Part shown: positions 38,540-46,582 of the stretch, piece by piece | How positions within the stretch are numbered: position 1 is the stretch's first letter | Layout of the letters: each line of letters begins with the position of its first letter | Assembly (NCBI GenBank): GCA_046259725.1 | Contig: JBJYWZ010000663.1 | Span: forward strand, 16,098 to 80,097 | Length of the DNA: 64,000 bases | Direction: 5' to 3' | DNA from: Candidatus Promineifilaceae bacterium | Lineage (GTDB): Bacteria > Chloroflexota > Anaerolineae > Promineifilales > Promineifilaceae | The notes under the pieces: generated by a model | What the model was told of the DNA's origin: nothing | Seen by the model: the letters and a program-made list of their open reading frames with translations, nothing else | The model's database searches: none | Position numbers and translations under genes: made by a program

Positions 38540-39307
38540 CTACTGCACAGCGCGTGCCAGACAGTAAGCGGAAACGCTCTTCGCTCCCGCATTAAGCAGG
38601 GCATTTGCCGCCGATGTCATTGTCGCACCGGTCGTATAAACGTCGTCAATCAATAAGACTCTCATTCCATTGAGGCTCCCGGGTTCAGCAGCAAAAGCCT
38701 GCCACACATTTTCCTTACGCCTGGTTGGACTGAGGCCAATTTGAGGTATTGTATAGCGCACACGCCGCAAAATCTGTTCATTTACTTCAACGGCCTGGTG
38801 GGAGCTGAGCTGCTGCGCCAGGAGAGCGGCCTGGTTAAAGCCGCGTGCGCGCTGCCGTCGGGGATGCAGCGGAATTGGAACAATGACGTCAACAGGATGC
38901 GCCCAGTCCGGCCACAGACGCGCCATTAAGGTTCCCAATGGATGTGCCAGGGCAAATAGCCCCTCATATTTGTATCGGTGCACAACGCCGGCAATGGGTT
39001 CAGAAAATGCGAAGCATGCTTGCACCTGCTGCAAATTAAAGCTTTCAGTACGGCAGCGAGCGCAGTTCGCGGCCGTTTCTTCCAGCGGATATCCGCAGCG
39101 CATGCAGCAGGGCCCCTCTATCACAGGGAACTTTTTCAGGCAGTCGGGGCAAATGATCGGGCCAAGCTTGCTGCATACTGCGCACACAGTTGGCAAAAAC
39201 AGGTCTATAATTCTTTTCGTCCAAATAGCGGCAGGTTTGCGGTCAGCTGATTTCGCTGCCGTTAAGCTGTGGACCAGAGCACGATAGTTCCCCAAGGACG
39301 TCCTCAA
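38540..39307 (-). CDS. ComF-family protein (zinc finger + phosphoribosyltransferase fold)
   Basis: Cys pairs CAVC/CPDC and CMRCG/CARC, then the PRTase motif VLLIDDVYTTGATM. The start (TTG at 39307) is uncertain. Confidence 0.8.
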   Translation of the reverse strand: MRTSLGNYRALVHSLTAAKSADRKPAAIWTKRIIDLFLPTVCAVCSKLGPIICPDCLKKFPVIEGPCCMRCGYPLEETAANCARCRTESFNLQQVQACFAFSEPIAGVVHRYKYEGLFALAHPLGTLMARLWPDWAHPVDVIVPIPLHPRRQRARGFNQAALLAQQLSSHQAVEVNEQILRRVRYTIPQIGLSPTRRKENVWQAFAAEPGSLNGMRVLLIDDVYTTGATMTSAANALLNAGAKSVSAYCLARAVQ

Positions 39308-39615
39308 ATAGCAGTCGCCGTTCCGAGCCTGTCAATACGATTCATTCCTTAACAGGGAGCGCATTAAAGTGATTCAAAAGAAAGGGGCGTGCCTGCTCTT
39401 TATTTAATGCTTGCTGCTCCTGTTAAAGATAAGTTGATAGGCGTTCAACAAAAAGATTCTTCACTTTTTCATACGCATCTCGGCCGCCGGGTTTTGGAGA
39501 AGCACGCTTCAGGCGCATTTCTTTGAACGCTGCGTACTCCGCAGGTTCAGGTTCATGTTCGTCTGTGAGGTCGTCTGGCTTGTCCACGCGGCAGCAGCCT
39601 CAATATTCTAGATAG

Positions 39616-39768
39616 CTATGATGTACAGAACACGCTCAGATATGGGCAAAGGCGAGCGCTAATCTCGGGGCCAAGCAAGGTAATGATGGCGATTACAACC
39701 ACTGCAACCAAAATCAAGACCAGTGCATATTCTAATAGTCCCTGCCCGTCGTCATCGAAAAAGGACAT
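39616..39768 (-). CDS. flp: Flp-family type IVb pilin (50 aa)
   Basis: Absent from the ORF track because it is under 60 aa. I translated it by hand: MSFFDDDGQGLLEYALVLILVAVVVIAIITLLGPEISARLCPYLSVFCTS. It has the Flp G-x4-EY processing motif followed by a hydrophobic helix. A GGAGGA RBS lies 8 nt upstream of the ATG. Confidence 0.75.
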   Translation of the reverse strand: MSFFDDDGQGLLEYALVLILVAVVVIAIITLLGPEISARLCPYLSVFCTS

Positions 39769-39822
39769 TTTGTCGTTCCTCCGCAATCATGTTTAGCAAG
39801 GTATCATTTCGTGCCAGGTTGA

Positions 39823-40503
39823 TTAATCTATGTCAAACCATTCTCGTCTAATGGCGTATAGGACTGCCTGGGTTCTATCTTTCACGCCCAACTTATGTAA
39901 TATAGCGGTCACATGGTTTTTCACGGTTTGATAGCTGATTCCTAATTCGCGGGCGATATCCTTGTTGGACGCCCCCCGACATATCATTTCCAGGATTTCC
40001 ATTTCGCGCGGGGTTAGCAATGATTCTGCTGCGTTGTTATCGTCAGACAGACGTTTGCCGAAGCGGGCGTCCCGTCTTTGAATCCACTCTTCAGCTTCCT
40101 GTTCATTGAATACTTGCCGCTGAATTACAATCTTGCCTTCATTGACGGCATGTACCGTGCGGATGAGTGATTCAGGCGGCATGTCCTTGGAACAAAAAGC
40201 GGCCGCACCGGCTCGTAATGAGTGATAAATCTGTTCCGGTTCATCGTAGCCGGTTATTACGATGACGCGTGCTTCCGGCAACCTCTCTTGAAGCTGCGAT
40301 GTTGCCTGAAGGCCGCTGTTTCCCGGCAGGTTGATGTCCATCAATATCACATCGGGCTGCAGTGCGTAAGCCTGTTCAAGCGCTTCCTTGCCATCTGCAG
40401 CTTCGCCAACAACGACTATCTCGCTATCTGTCGACAAGACATCGCGAAGACCCTGGCGGAAAACCGGGTGATCATCTACGACGAGCAGTCTAATTGGTGC
40501 CAT
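39823..40503 (-). CDS. NarL/FixJ (LuxR-HTH) family response regulator
   Basis: 226 aa. Receiver domain (LLVVDDHPV ... DVILMDINLPG) and C-terminal LuxR HTH (LTPREMEILEMICRGASNKDIARELGISYQTVKNH). No histidine kinase is adjacent. Confidence 0.9.
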   Translation of the reverse strand: MAPIRLLVVDDHPVFRQGLRDVLSTDSEIVVVGEAADGKEALEQAYALQPDVILMDINLPGNSGLQATSQLQERLPEARVIVITGYDEPEQIYHSLRAGAAAFCSKDMPPESLIRTVHAVNEGKIVIQRQVFNEQEAEEWIQRRDARFGKRLSDDNNAAESLLTPREMEILEMICRGASNKDIARELGISYQTVKNHVTAILHKLGVKDRTQAVLYAIRREWFDID

Positions 40504-40636
40504 TTAAAGTGTGGTTCAATCCTTTTTAGTACAGCTTACCAGTGTGCCAGCCCCAGATGGTTGCTTCAGCCGGTAGAAGGGTACTTGGAAGGGATGCTTG
40601 TTGATTGAGGATACGTTACTTCTGCCGGATAGTAGC

Positions 40637-40665
40637 AGTATACCAAAATTGGCGAGGGCTTCCAA
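40637..40665 (-). promoter_or_regulatory. Candidate sigma-70 promoter for the response-regulator (and possibly flp) transcript
   Basis: The minus strand reads TTGGAA (40665-40660), a 17-nt spacer, then TATACT (40642-40637). This implies a 5' leader of about 130 nt. Confidence 0.4.
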
Positions 40666-40691
40666 CGAGAGAGGCGTACCAGAAACGGCCG

Positions 40692-41600
40692 TCAATCCGG
40701 TTTGCGCGCATAAACAGTAAAAAGATCTCCGAAATTGATTGGCAAAGATACATGAGCCAATCCCAGCCGGTTGATGATTGAGGAGGCGGCGCTGCCAAGT
40801 GATTGATTTAAGCCGCCCAGCCGGCTGGTAATGTAGCCAAGCCTGAGATAACGGCCCTGCGCTCCAGACCATATGACATCGAACCCATTCTTTCGCATCA
40901 GCTCAGTCAGCGTCTTTTGACTGAAATAGTACAGGTGCATATCCATGTACCAGGGCCAGCGCCGGCCCATTGCGCGCGCGGTCAGGCTGTCAACGTCCAT
41001 CGTGTGAACGGCCAGCCAGCCGCCGGGCTTTAATAATTGAAATGCCCGATTCAATTCGGCCGAAGGATCGGTTACGTGTTCGATGACGTCCCACATAGTC
41101 ACTACATCGAATTCGCGTCCGGTAAGAATCGAAGACTGCTGCGTTCCCTGATGCACAGGCAGCCCGCGTTCCTGTGCCTGGGCGACGGCCCAGTCGGAGG
41201 GCTCGACGCCCTCGGCAAGCCATCCGTTTTCACGGGCAATCTCAACAAAAATACCGATATATGCGCCGACATCAAGCAGTGAACGGCCGTCTGCCGGCCC
41301 TGTATATTCTTGCAGCGCGTCGAGGTGTCTGGCAAAGGTCAATTCCCTGCCTTCACGTTCGTCTACATAGGTCTCATCTTCGACGGCCGTGTAGAGGGAT
41401 ACCAGTTCATCAGCAGACAAACGTGGATTTGCGTAGACAAGACTACAGTTGTCGCACCTAACGATCTGGGGATGACTGCCGTAGTGGGGGCTTGTGCAGC
41501 GAAAAGCCCTTACATCCGGTTCTTCGACATTCTTGTTCGTCGCCGGATAGAGCACCTGCCAATCATTTGCGCCGCATAAATTGCACTCAACTTCAATCAT
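40692..41600 (-). CDS. Class I SAM-dependent methyltransferase with N-terminal Cys4 zinc-ribbon
   Basis: 302 aa. CNLCG...CDNC ribbon, SAM motif LLDVGAYIGIF and FDVVTMWDVIEH. The start overlaps the upstream gene's stop (ATGA at 41597-41600). Confidence 0.8.
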   Translation of the reverse strand: MIEVECNLCGANDWQVLYPATNKNVEEPDVRAFRCTSPHYGSHPQIVRCDNCSLVYANPRLSADELVSLYTAVEDETYVDEREGRELTFARHLDALQEYTGPADGRSLLDVGAYIGIFVEIARENGWLAEGVEPSDWAVAQAQERGLPVHQGTQQSSILTGREFDVVTMWDVIEHVTDPSAELNRAFQLLKPGGWLAVHTMDVDSLTARAMGRRWPWYMDMHLYYFSQKTLTELMRKNGFDVIWSGAQGRYLRLGYITSRLGGLNQSLGSAASSIINRLGLAHVSLPINFGDLFTVYARKPD

Positions 41601-42355
41601 GTGTCGTAGCCGCCGTTGAAAGGTGAACGGGGAACGGCAAGTAGTCGCCTTATTAGAAGGCGCAGCACGGTATATTGAGCCTTGATCACCTCATTGCGTG
41701 AAATTTTGGTGGTCCCTTTTCGGCGGTCCTCGAAGATGATCGGGACCTCGCCGATTTGCCAGCCGCGGCGCTGGCACATGAACAGCATTTCAACTAAGAA
41801 TGAGTAGCCGCTTGAAAAGACCTGCTCCAGCGGGATTGATTCGAGTACGTGGCGATGATAAAGACGAAATCCGGCTGTGGTATCTCGCGCCTGAAGCCCG
41901 AGTGTCGCTCTGGCAAGGAAGTTGGCGATCTTGCTCAGCCAGATGCGTTTCCAGGTACAGTTTAGCGATCCGCCGCCCGGGACATAGCGCGAACCAATCA
42001 CAACATCGTTACACTCGCTTATCTCGATCATGGCCGGGATGTAGCGCGGATTATGGGAAAAGTCCGCATCCATGGTCATGATGCGCTGAGCATCGAATTT
42101 GTCCAGAGCAAGCCGGAATCCGGATAAATAGGCTGTTCCCAAACCTAATTTGCCGGGACGGTGCACAACGTGCACCCGGTCAGGTTCACGTTCGGCCCAA
42201 AGGTCGGCCTTTTGTCCCGTGCCATCGGGCGAATTGTCATCAACGACAATAACACCCAGATTAACAGGGAGATCTAGAAGCCGGGTTATCAGTTCATCTA
42301 TGTTGTCAGATTCATTATACGTCGGGACAATGACGACGGTATCCGGGATATTCAT
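41597..42355 (-). CDS. GT2 polyprenol-monophosphate mannose (or glucose) synthase
   Basis: VIVPTYNESDNI, VVDDNSPDGT and MDADFSH motifs of Dpm1/Ppm1-type GT2 enzymes. The ATG at 42355 is preferred over the 42472 extension. Confidence 0.8.
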   Translation of the reverse strand: MNIPDTVVIVPTYNESDNIDELITRLLDLPVNLGVIVVDDNSPDGTGQKADLWAEREPDRVHVVHRPGKLGLGTAYLSGFRLALDKFDAQRIMTMDADFSHNPRYIPAMIEISECNDVVIGSRYVPGGGSLNCTWKRIWLSKIANFLARATLGLQARDTTAGFRLYHRHVLESIPLEQVFSSGYSFLVEMLFMCQRRGWQIGEVPIIFEDRRKGTTKISRNEVIKAQYTVLRLLIRRLLAVPRSPFNGGYDT

Positions 42356-42512
42356 AATAGGTTCTTGCGCCAACAAACGGCCGATTTTAACGTATCGACG
42401 GGTGGGGTCAAAACGGTTTGCCAACTTCTCACCGCCGTATGCCTTACACGCGAGTTGCGACCGGCATGGCACCTTTTTGACTGAACCGCGAAGGTCCAGT
42501 TATAACATAGAG

Positions 42513-43442
42513 ATGCGTATAGCGATTCTTTCCCGTAACAGTGCGTTATACAGCACACGCAGACTCGTACAGGTTGCCCAGTCACGTGGGCACATCGTCA
42601 GGGTATTGGACACCCTGACGATTGCCGTTGAGGTTGGCCTTAGCCGATCCGCAGCAGCGGAACTGCGCATGATCGGAACGACGCCCCTCGGGATAACAAG
42701 AACGGTCGGTGTGCCTGAGGTTGACGCGATTGTGCCGCGTATAGGCGCCTCTGTGACCTTCTATGGCCTGGCCGTGGTGCGCCAGTTCGAAGCACTGGGA
42801 GTCGTAACAACAGCAACAGCCGATGCTATCGCTTGCTCGCGCGACAAGCTGCATAGTTTGCAGACGATGGATCAGGCCCAGCTGCCTATTCCACGATCGG
42901 CCGTAATCGCTTCACCGAGGGCGCTCGTGGCCGCCGTTCAGGCGGTTGGCGGCCTGCCCGTGGTCATCAAGCTGATTCGCGGTACACAGGGACGAGGCGT
43001 TGTTCTGGCGCGTAACCTGGCGACAGCGGCGGCGGTTCTGGAAAAGGTGCACGCCGCCAGGCGGCAGGCGCTGGTGCAAGAATTTATTTCCGAGGCGGAC
43101 GGCCGCGATCAAAGGCTGATCGTTGTCGGAAATCACTGTGTGGCGGCGATGGAACGCGTGGCTGTTGACGGTGAGTTCCGCGCCAACCTGCATCGGGGAG
43201 GAACGGCCGTGCCTATCAAGCCTGATGATAAAAGCGAACGCCTGGCGGTTGCCGCTGCGAAAGCTCACGGGTTGGCCGTAGCCGGCGTCGATCTACTTCA
43301 GTCAAATCAAGGCCCTCTTCTGCTGGAAGTTAACTCATCGCCAGGTTTGGAGGGAATCGAAACCGCAACGGGGAAAGATGTAGCCGGAGCCATTATCAGT
43401 TATCTGGAAAAAATGGCGCACCAACACGGCCGTGCCGGCTAG
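42513..43442 (+). CDS. rimK: RimK-family alpha-L-glutamate ligase (ATP-grasp)
   Basis: MRIAILSRNSALYSTRRL..., DAIVPRIG, SRDKLHSLQ, VVIKLIRGTQGRGVVLA, FRANLHRGG and EVNSSPGLEGIE are colinear with E. coli RimK. The track's 42150 start is an antisense-overlap artefact. Confidence 0.9.
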   Translation: MRIAILSRNSALYSTRRLVQVAQSRGHIVRVLDTLTIAVEVGLSRSAAAELRMIGTTPLGITRTVGVPEVDAIVPRIGASVTFYGLAVVRQFEALGVVTTATADAIACSRDKLHSLQTMDQAQLPIPRSAVIASPRALVAAVQAVGGLPVVIKLIRGTQGRGVVLARNLATAAAVLEKVHAARRQALVQEFISEADGRDQRLIVVGNHCVAAMERVAVDGEFRANLHRGGTAVPIKPDDKSERLAVAAAKAHGLAVAGVDLLQSNQGPLLLEVNSSPGLEGIETATGKDVAGAIISYLEKMAHQHGRAG

Positions 43443-43470
43443 GGCGGATTAATGATCGCCCGGCTGCGAG

Positions 43471-44553
43471 TTAGCTGATTATGCTGATGTTTTCTTTGTG
43501 TATTTTGTCGAGCGTCAGCTTACTGGCCCCTTCTTCGCCTGTCTCGAGCAGCCAGCAAGCCGCGTAGTGCTCGTTACCGTAATCCTTGAAGGGCGGCTCT
43601 TCCTCGGCACATTTATCGAAGGCTAACGGGCAGCGTGTGTGAAAGCGACATCCAGTCGGAGGATTGAACGGGCTGGGCACGTCTCCCTGGAGGATGATTC
43701 GCTGTCTTTTCAGGGTGGGGTCCGGCACAGGAATGGCGGACATCAGCGCCTGCGTGTACGGGTGCAGGGGATCCCGGTAAATATCTTCTCGGGTGGCCAA
43801 CTCAACCATCTTTCCAAGATACATCACGCCGACTCGATCGCTGAAATGTTCTACAACGCTGAGATTATGTGCGATAAACAGGTATGTCAAATTGAAATCA
43901 GCCTGCAGCTCTTTGAGTATGGTCAACACCTGAGCCTGGATTGATACGTCAAGCGCCGATACAGGTTCATCGCATACGATGAATTTAGGCCGCAGGGCAA
44001 GGGCACGCGCAATGCCGATGCGTTGTCTCTGGCCGCCGGAAAACTCGTGCGGATACCGCCGAGCGTGATCTGCACGCATACCCACTCGTGACAGCATTTC
44101 CACGACGACGTCGTAGCGCTCCTGAGCTCCTTTATCAGTATGAATCCGTAGCCCCTCGGAAATGCTCTCGCCAACCGGCATACGCGGGTCAAGTGAGGAA
44201 TAAGGGTCCTGGAAAATGATCTGCATTTCGCGCCTGATACGCTTCAATTGGGAAGCATTCAGGCTAAACAAATCTTCACCGTCGAACATCACTTTGCCTG
44301 ACGTGGCCGGTATGAGACGCAAGACAGTTCGCCCAGCGGTAGTCTTGCCGCAGCCTGACTCACCAACAAGGCCCAGAGTTTCACCTTCATAGATATGAAA
44401 GCTGACGTCATCAACGGCCTTCACCCAACCCTGTACACGCTGCAAAATACCACCGCGCACCGGGAAGTATTTCACCAGGTTTTGCACATCCAACAAAACG
44501 CGCTGGTCGTCCCTTGTCGCGACCTGGTTGCTACTGCTGATTTCTTTTGCCAT
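43471..44553 (-). CDS. Oligopeptide/dipeptide-type ABC transporter ATP-binding protein (OppF/DppF-like)
   Basis: 360 aa. Walker A GESGCGKT, signature FSGGQRQR, Walker B FIVCDEP and the C-terminal oligopeptide-ABC extension. Confidence 0.85.
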   Translation of the reverse strand: MAKEISSSNQVATRDDQRVLLDVQNLVKYFPVRGGILQRVQGWVKAVDDVSFHIYEGETLGLVGESGCGKTTAGRTVLRLIPATSGKVMFDGEDLFSLNASQLKRIRREMQIIFQDPYSSLDPRMPVGESISEGLRIHTDKGAQERYDVVVEMLSRVGMRADHARRYPHEFSGGQRQRIGIARALALRPKFIVCDEPVSALDVSIQAQVLTILKELQADFNLTYLFIAHNLSVVEHFSDRVGVMYLGKMVELATREDIYRDPLHPYTQALMSAIPVPDPTLKRQRIILQGDVPSPFNPPTGCRFHTRCPLAFDKCAEEEPPFKDYGNEHYAACWLLETGEEGASKLTLDKIHKENISIIS

Positions 44554-44568
44554 TTCCGTTTTGTTCCT

Positions 44569-45555
44569 CTATTCGTATAACCAGCAGCGAACCCAGTGAT
44601 TGGGGGCGATTTCTTTCAGAAGCGGTTCTTCCTCAGTGCAGCGTTCCAGCTCATTGTCAATCCGGGCCTGGCAGCGAGGAGCAAATTTACATCCTTCCGG
44701 AAGGTCAATCAGATTGGGTACGGAGCCAGGTATTGTTGTCAGCTCCCTATCGGCCTGGCCCAGGATCGGCGTTGAACCGATCAGGGCCGCCGTGTAAGGG
44801 TGTTTGGGTGATTTGAACAATTCGATAATACCAGCTTCCTCTACAATCCTTCCGGCATACATTACATTCACGCGATCGCACATCTCGGCTACTACACCCA
44901 GATCATGTGTGATCAGAATGATGGCGGTGTCCATTTTATTACGAAGATTGCGCATCAAATCGAGTATCTGGGCCTGTATGGTCACGTCAAGAGCGGTTGT
45001 GGGCTCGTCCGCGATCAAGAGTTCTGGAACACAGGCTAATGCCATGGCAATCATGACGCGTTGGGCCATACCGCCGGACAACTCATGGGGATAGGCGCGC
45101 GCCCGGGATTCGGGTTCTGGAATGCCGACCATGCGTAGTAGTTCAATGGTCCGTTCGTGTGCTTCATCTTTGCTTACATCCTGGTGCAAGATGATCGCCT
45201 CGGACAACTGATCCCCAACCCTGAACACAGGGTTTAGACTGCTTTGCGGCTGCTGAAAAATCATGGAGATCCGATTGCCACGAATGGCCATCATCTTTTT
45301 TTCTGGCAGCTTAAGTAGATCTTCATCGTCAAAGATTATCTCGCCGGCGACGATGCGTCCTGGCTGGCTGACGAGGCGCATAATGCTCAAAGATGTGACG
45401 CTTTTCCCGCAGCCAGACTCACCTACCAGTCCCAGGACTTCGCCGCGTTTGACAACGAGATTCACGCTGTCCACCGCCTTAACTGCACCGCCTTCCGTGA
45501 AGAATTGCGTCTTCAGATTCTTTATCTCGAGAATATTCGAGTTCTTATCAGTCAC
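44569..45555 (-). CDS. Oligopeptide/dipeptide-type ABC transporter ATP-binding protein (OppD/DppD-like)
   Basis: 328 aa. Walker A GESGCGKS, signature LSGGMAQR and Walker B LLIADEP. Confidence 0.85.
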   Translation of the reverse strand: MTDKNSNILEIKNLKTQFFTEGGAVKAVDSVNLVVKRGEVLGLVGESGCGKSVTSLSIMRLVSQPGRIVAGEIIFDDEDLLKLPEKKMMAIRGNRISMIFQQPQSSLNPVFRVGDQLSEAIILHQDVSKDEAHERTIELLRMVGIPEPESRARAYPHELSGGMAQRVMIAMALACVPELLIADEPTTALDVTIQAQILDLMRNLRNKMDTAIILITHDLGVVAEMCDRVNVMYAGRIVEEAGIIELFKSPKHPYTAALIGSTPILGQADRELTTIPGSVPNLIDLPEGCKFAPRCQARIDNELERCTEEEPLLKEIAPNHWVRCWLYE

Positions 45556-45694
45556 TTACTCTTCCTTCTAAGAAAAATTCTTCCACGCGCCTACCTGCTC
45601 GAAAGTGCAATTGGAGCTGCGCGGGAAATACTCTAGCACATCGCGATTCTATGCGCCAAACTTACACTACCCGGCCAACACGCTGGCAGGTCTG

Positions 45695-46489
45695 TTAAAA
45701 TAATCCTTTCCGTAATTCCTCAATGAAAGGGCGATAAACGGAAACGTCCCGACCGGCGTGGTCAAGGAAACAGTAGTCCTGCACAATCATGGCCTGCTGC
45801 TCGCGATTATAATCTCTGTAGCGTATGCCGGAAACACAGGCCAGTCTCAGCCCGTCTTGCCCACCATAGTCATAGCAGTCACGTTTTGTTTTGACCAGCA
45901 TGTATATCGCTTCTCCGAGGTAGCGGGTACCGATTTGTTCATACTGGTAAACATGAGTCAATTCGTGAGCAAGAAGAAATTGGTTCTCGCGTGTATGCTG
46001 GCCCATCCTGGGTATGTTGATGGTTCGCCAGGTTGCAAAGGCAAGATTCCCGTTTAGTTTGAAAACAATATTCAGGAGACCACCCTGGGCAACGCGAACC
46101 TCACGGTATCTAATGGCGGAGGGACCTGCTATGTCGGACATCAGGTCAATCTCTTCGGCTGTAAGCGGTGTGGTGTTCATGAAAAAATGAAACAAGAACT
46201 GCGCCAGTTCGGGGCCGCCAACAAGATCGAAGAGCTGCGTCAGCAGGCGGTGCAGCCAGTCGATCATCCTCCCAGCTTTATAGCGCATCCAACGCCTGGT
46301 TTCATGGTGGCTGATCGCGTCGATCATTTCCGGTAGAAAGAATATGATGCCCAGGATCAGGCGCATGGCCGTATCGAGGAGTCGCCAAACTCTGACCGGT
46401 AGATCGCGTATCAGATTGATTGGCCAGCGCAACAGGTAGCGAGCCCGTTCGTCGAGCCAATTCAGTATGCTTGCAATTGGTGAGTGCAT
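45695..46489 (-). CDS. Putative zinc metallopeptidase-like protein (DUF4157-like HExxH domain)
   Basis: 264 aa. The FLLAHELTHVYQYEQ (HExxH) context resembles the DUF4157 signature as I remember it. The N-terminal ~100 aa are helical with one hydrophobic segment. Confidence 0.5.
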   Translation of the reverse strand: MHSPIASILNWLDERARYLLRWPINLIRDLPVRVWRLLDTAMRLILGIIFFLPEMIDAISHHETRRWMRYKAGRMIDWLHRLLTQLFDLVGGPELAQFLFHFFMNTTPLTAEEIDLMSDIAGPSAIRYREVRVAQGGLLNIVFKLNGNLAFATWRTINIPRMGQHTRENQFLLAHELTHVYQYEQIGTRYLGEAIYMLVKTKRDCYDYGGQDGLRLACVSGIRYRDYNREQQAMIVQDYCFLDHAGRDVSVYRPFIEELRKGLF

Positions 46490-46582
46490 TGGTTAACTAA
46501 AATGATGTTCCAGGTAGTTCTTTGAATGATAGCGCAGGAAGGCTTGACGGTCACTTCTCACATTCTTGTGCGGCCGAAAATG

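Noticed and set aside
39769-39822. TGGCAC element upstream of flp as a sigma-54 promoter
   Set aside because: The downstream TTGC is 11 nt away rather than the 5 nt required by the -24/-12 consensus (TGGCAC-N5-TTGC).
42150-42512. 121-codon N-terminal extension of the rimK ORF
   Set aside because: It runs antisense through the GT2 gene's 5' region. The E. coli-like RimK N-terminus (MRIAILSR) begins at the ATG at 42513.
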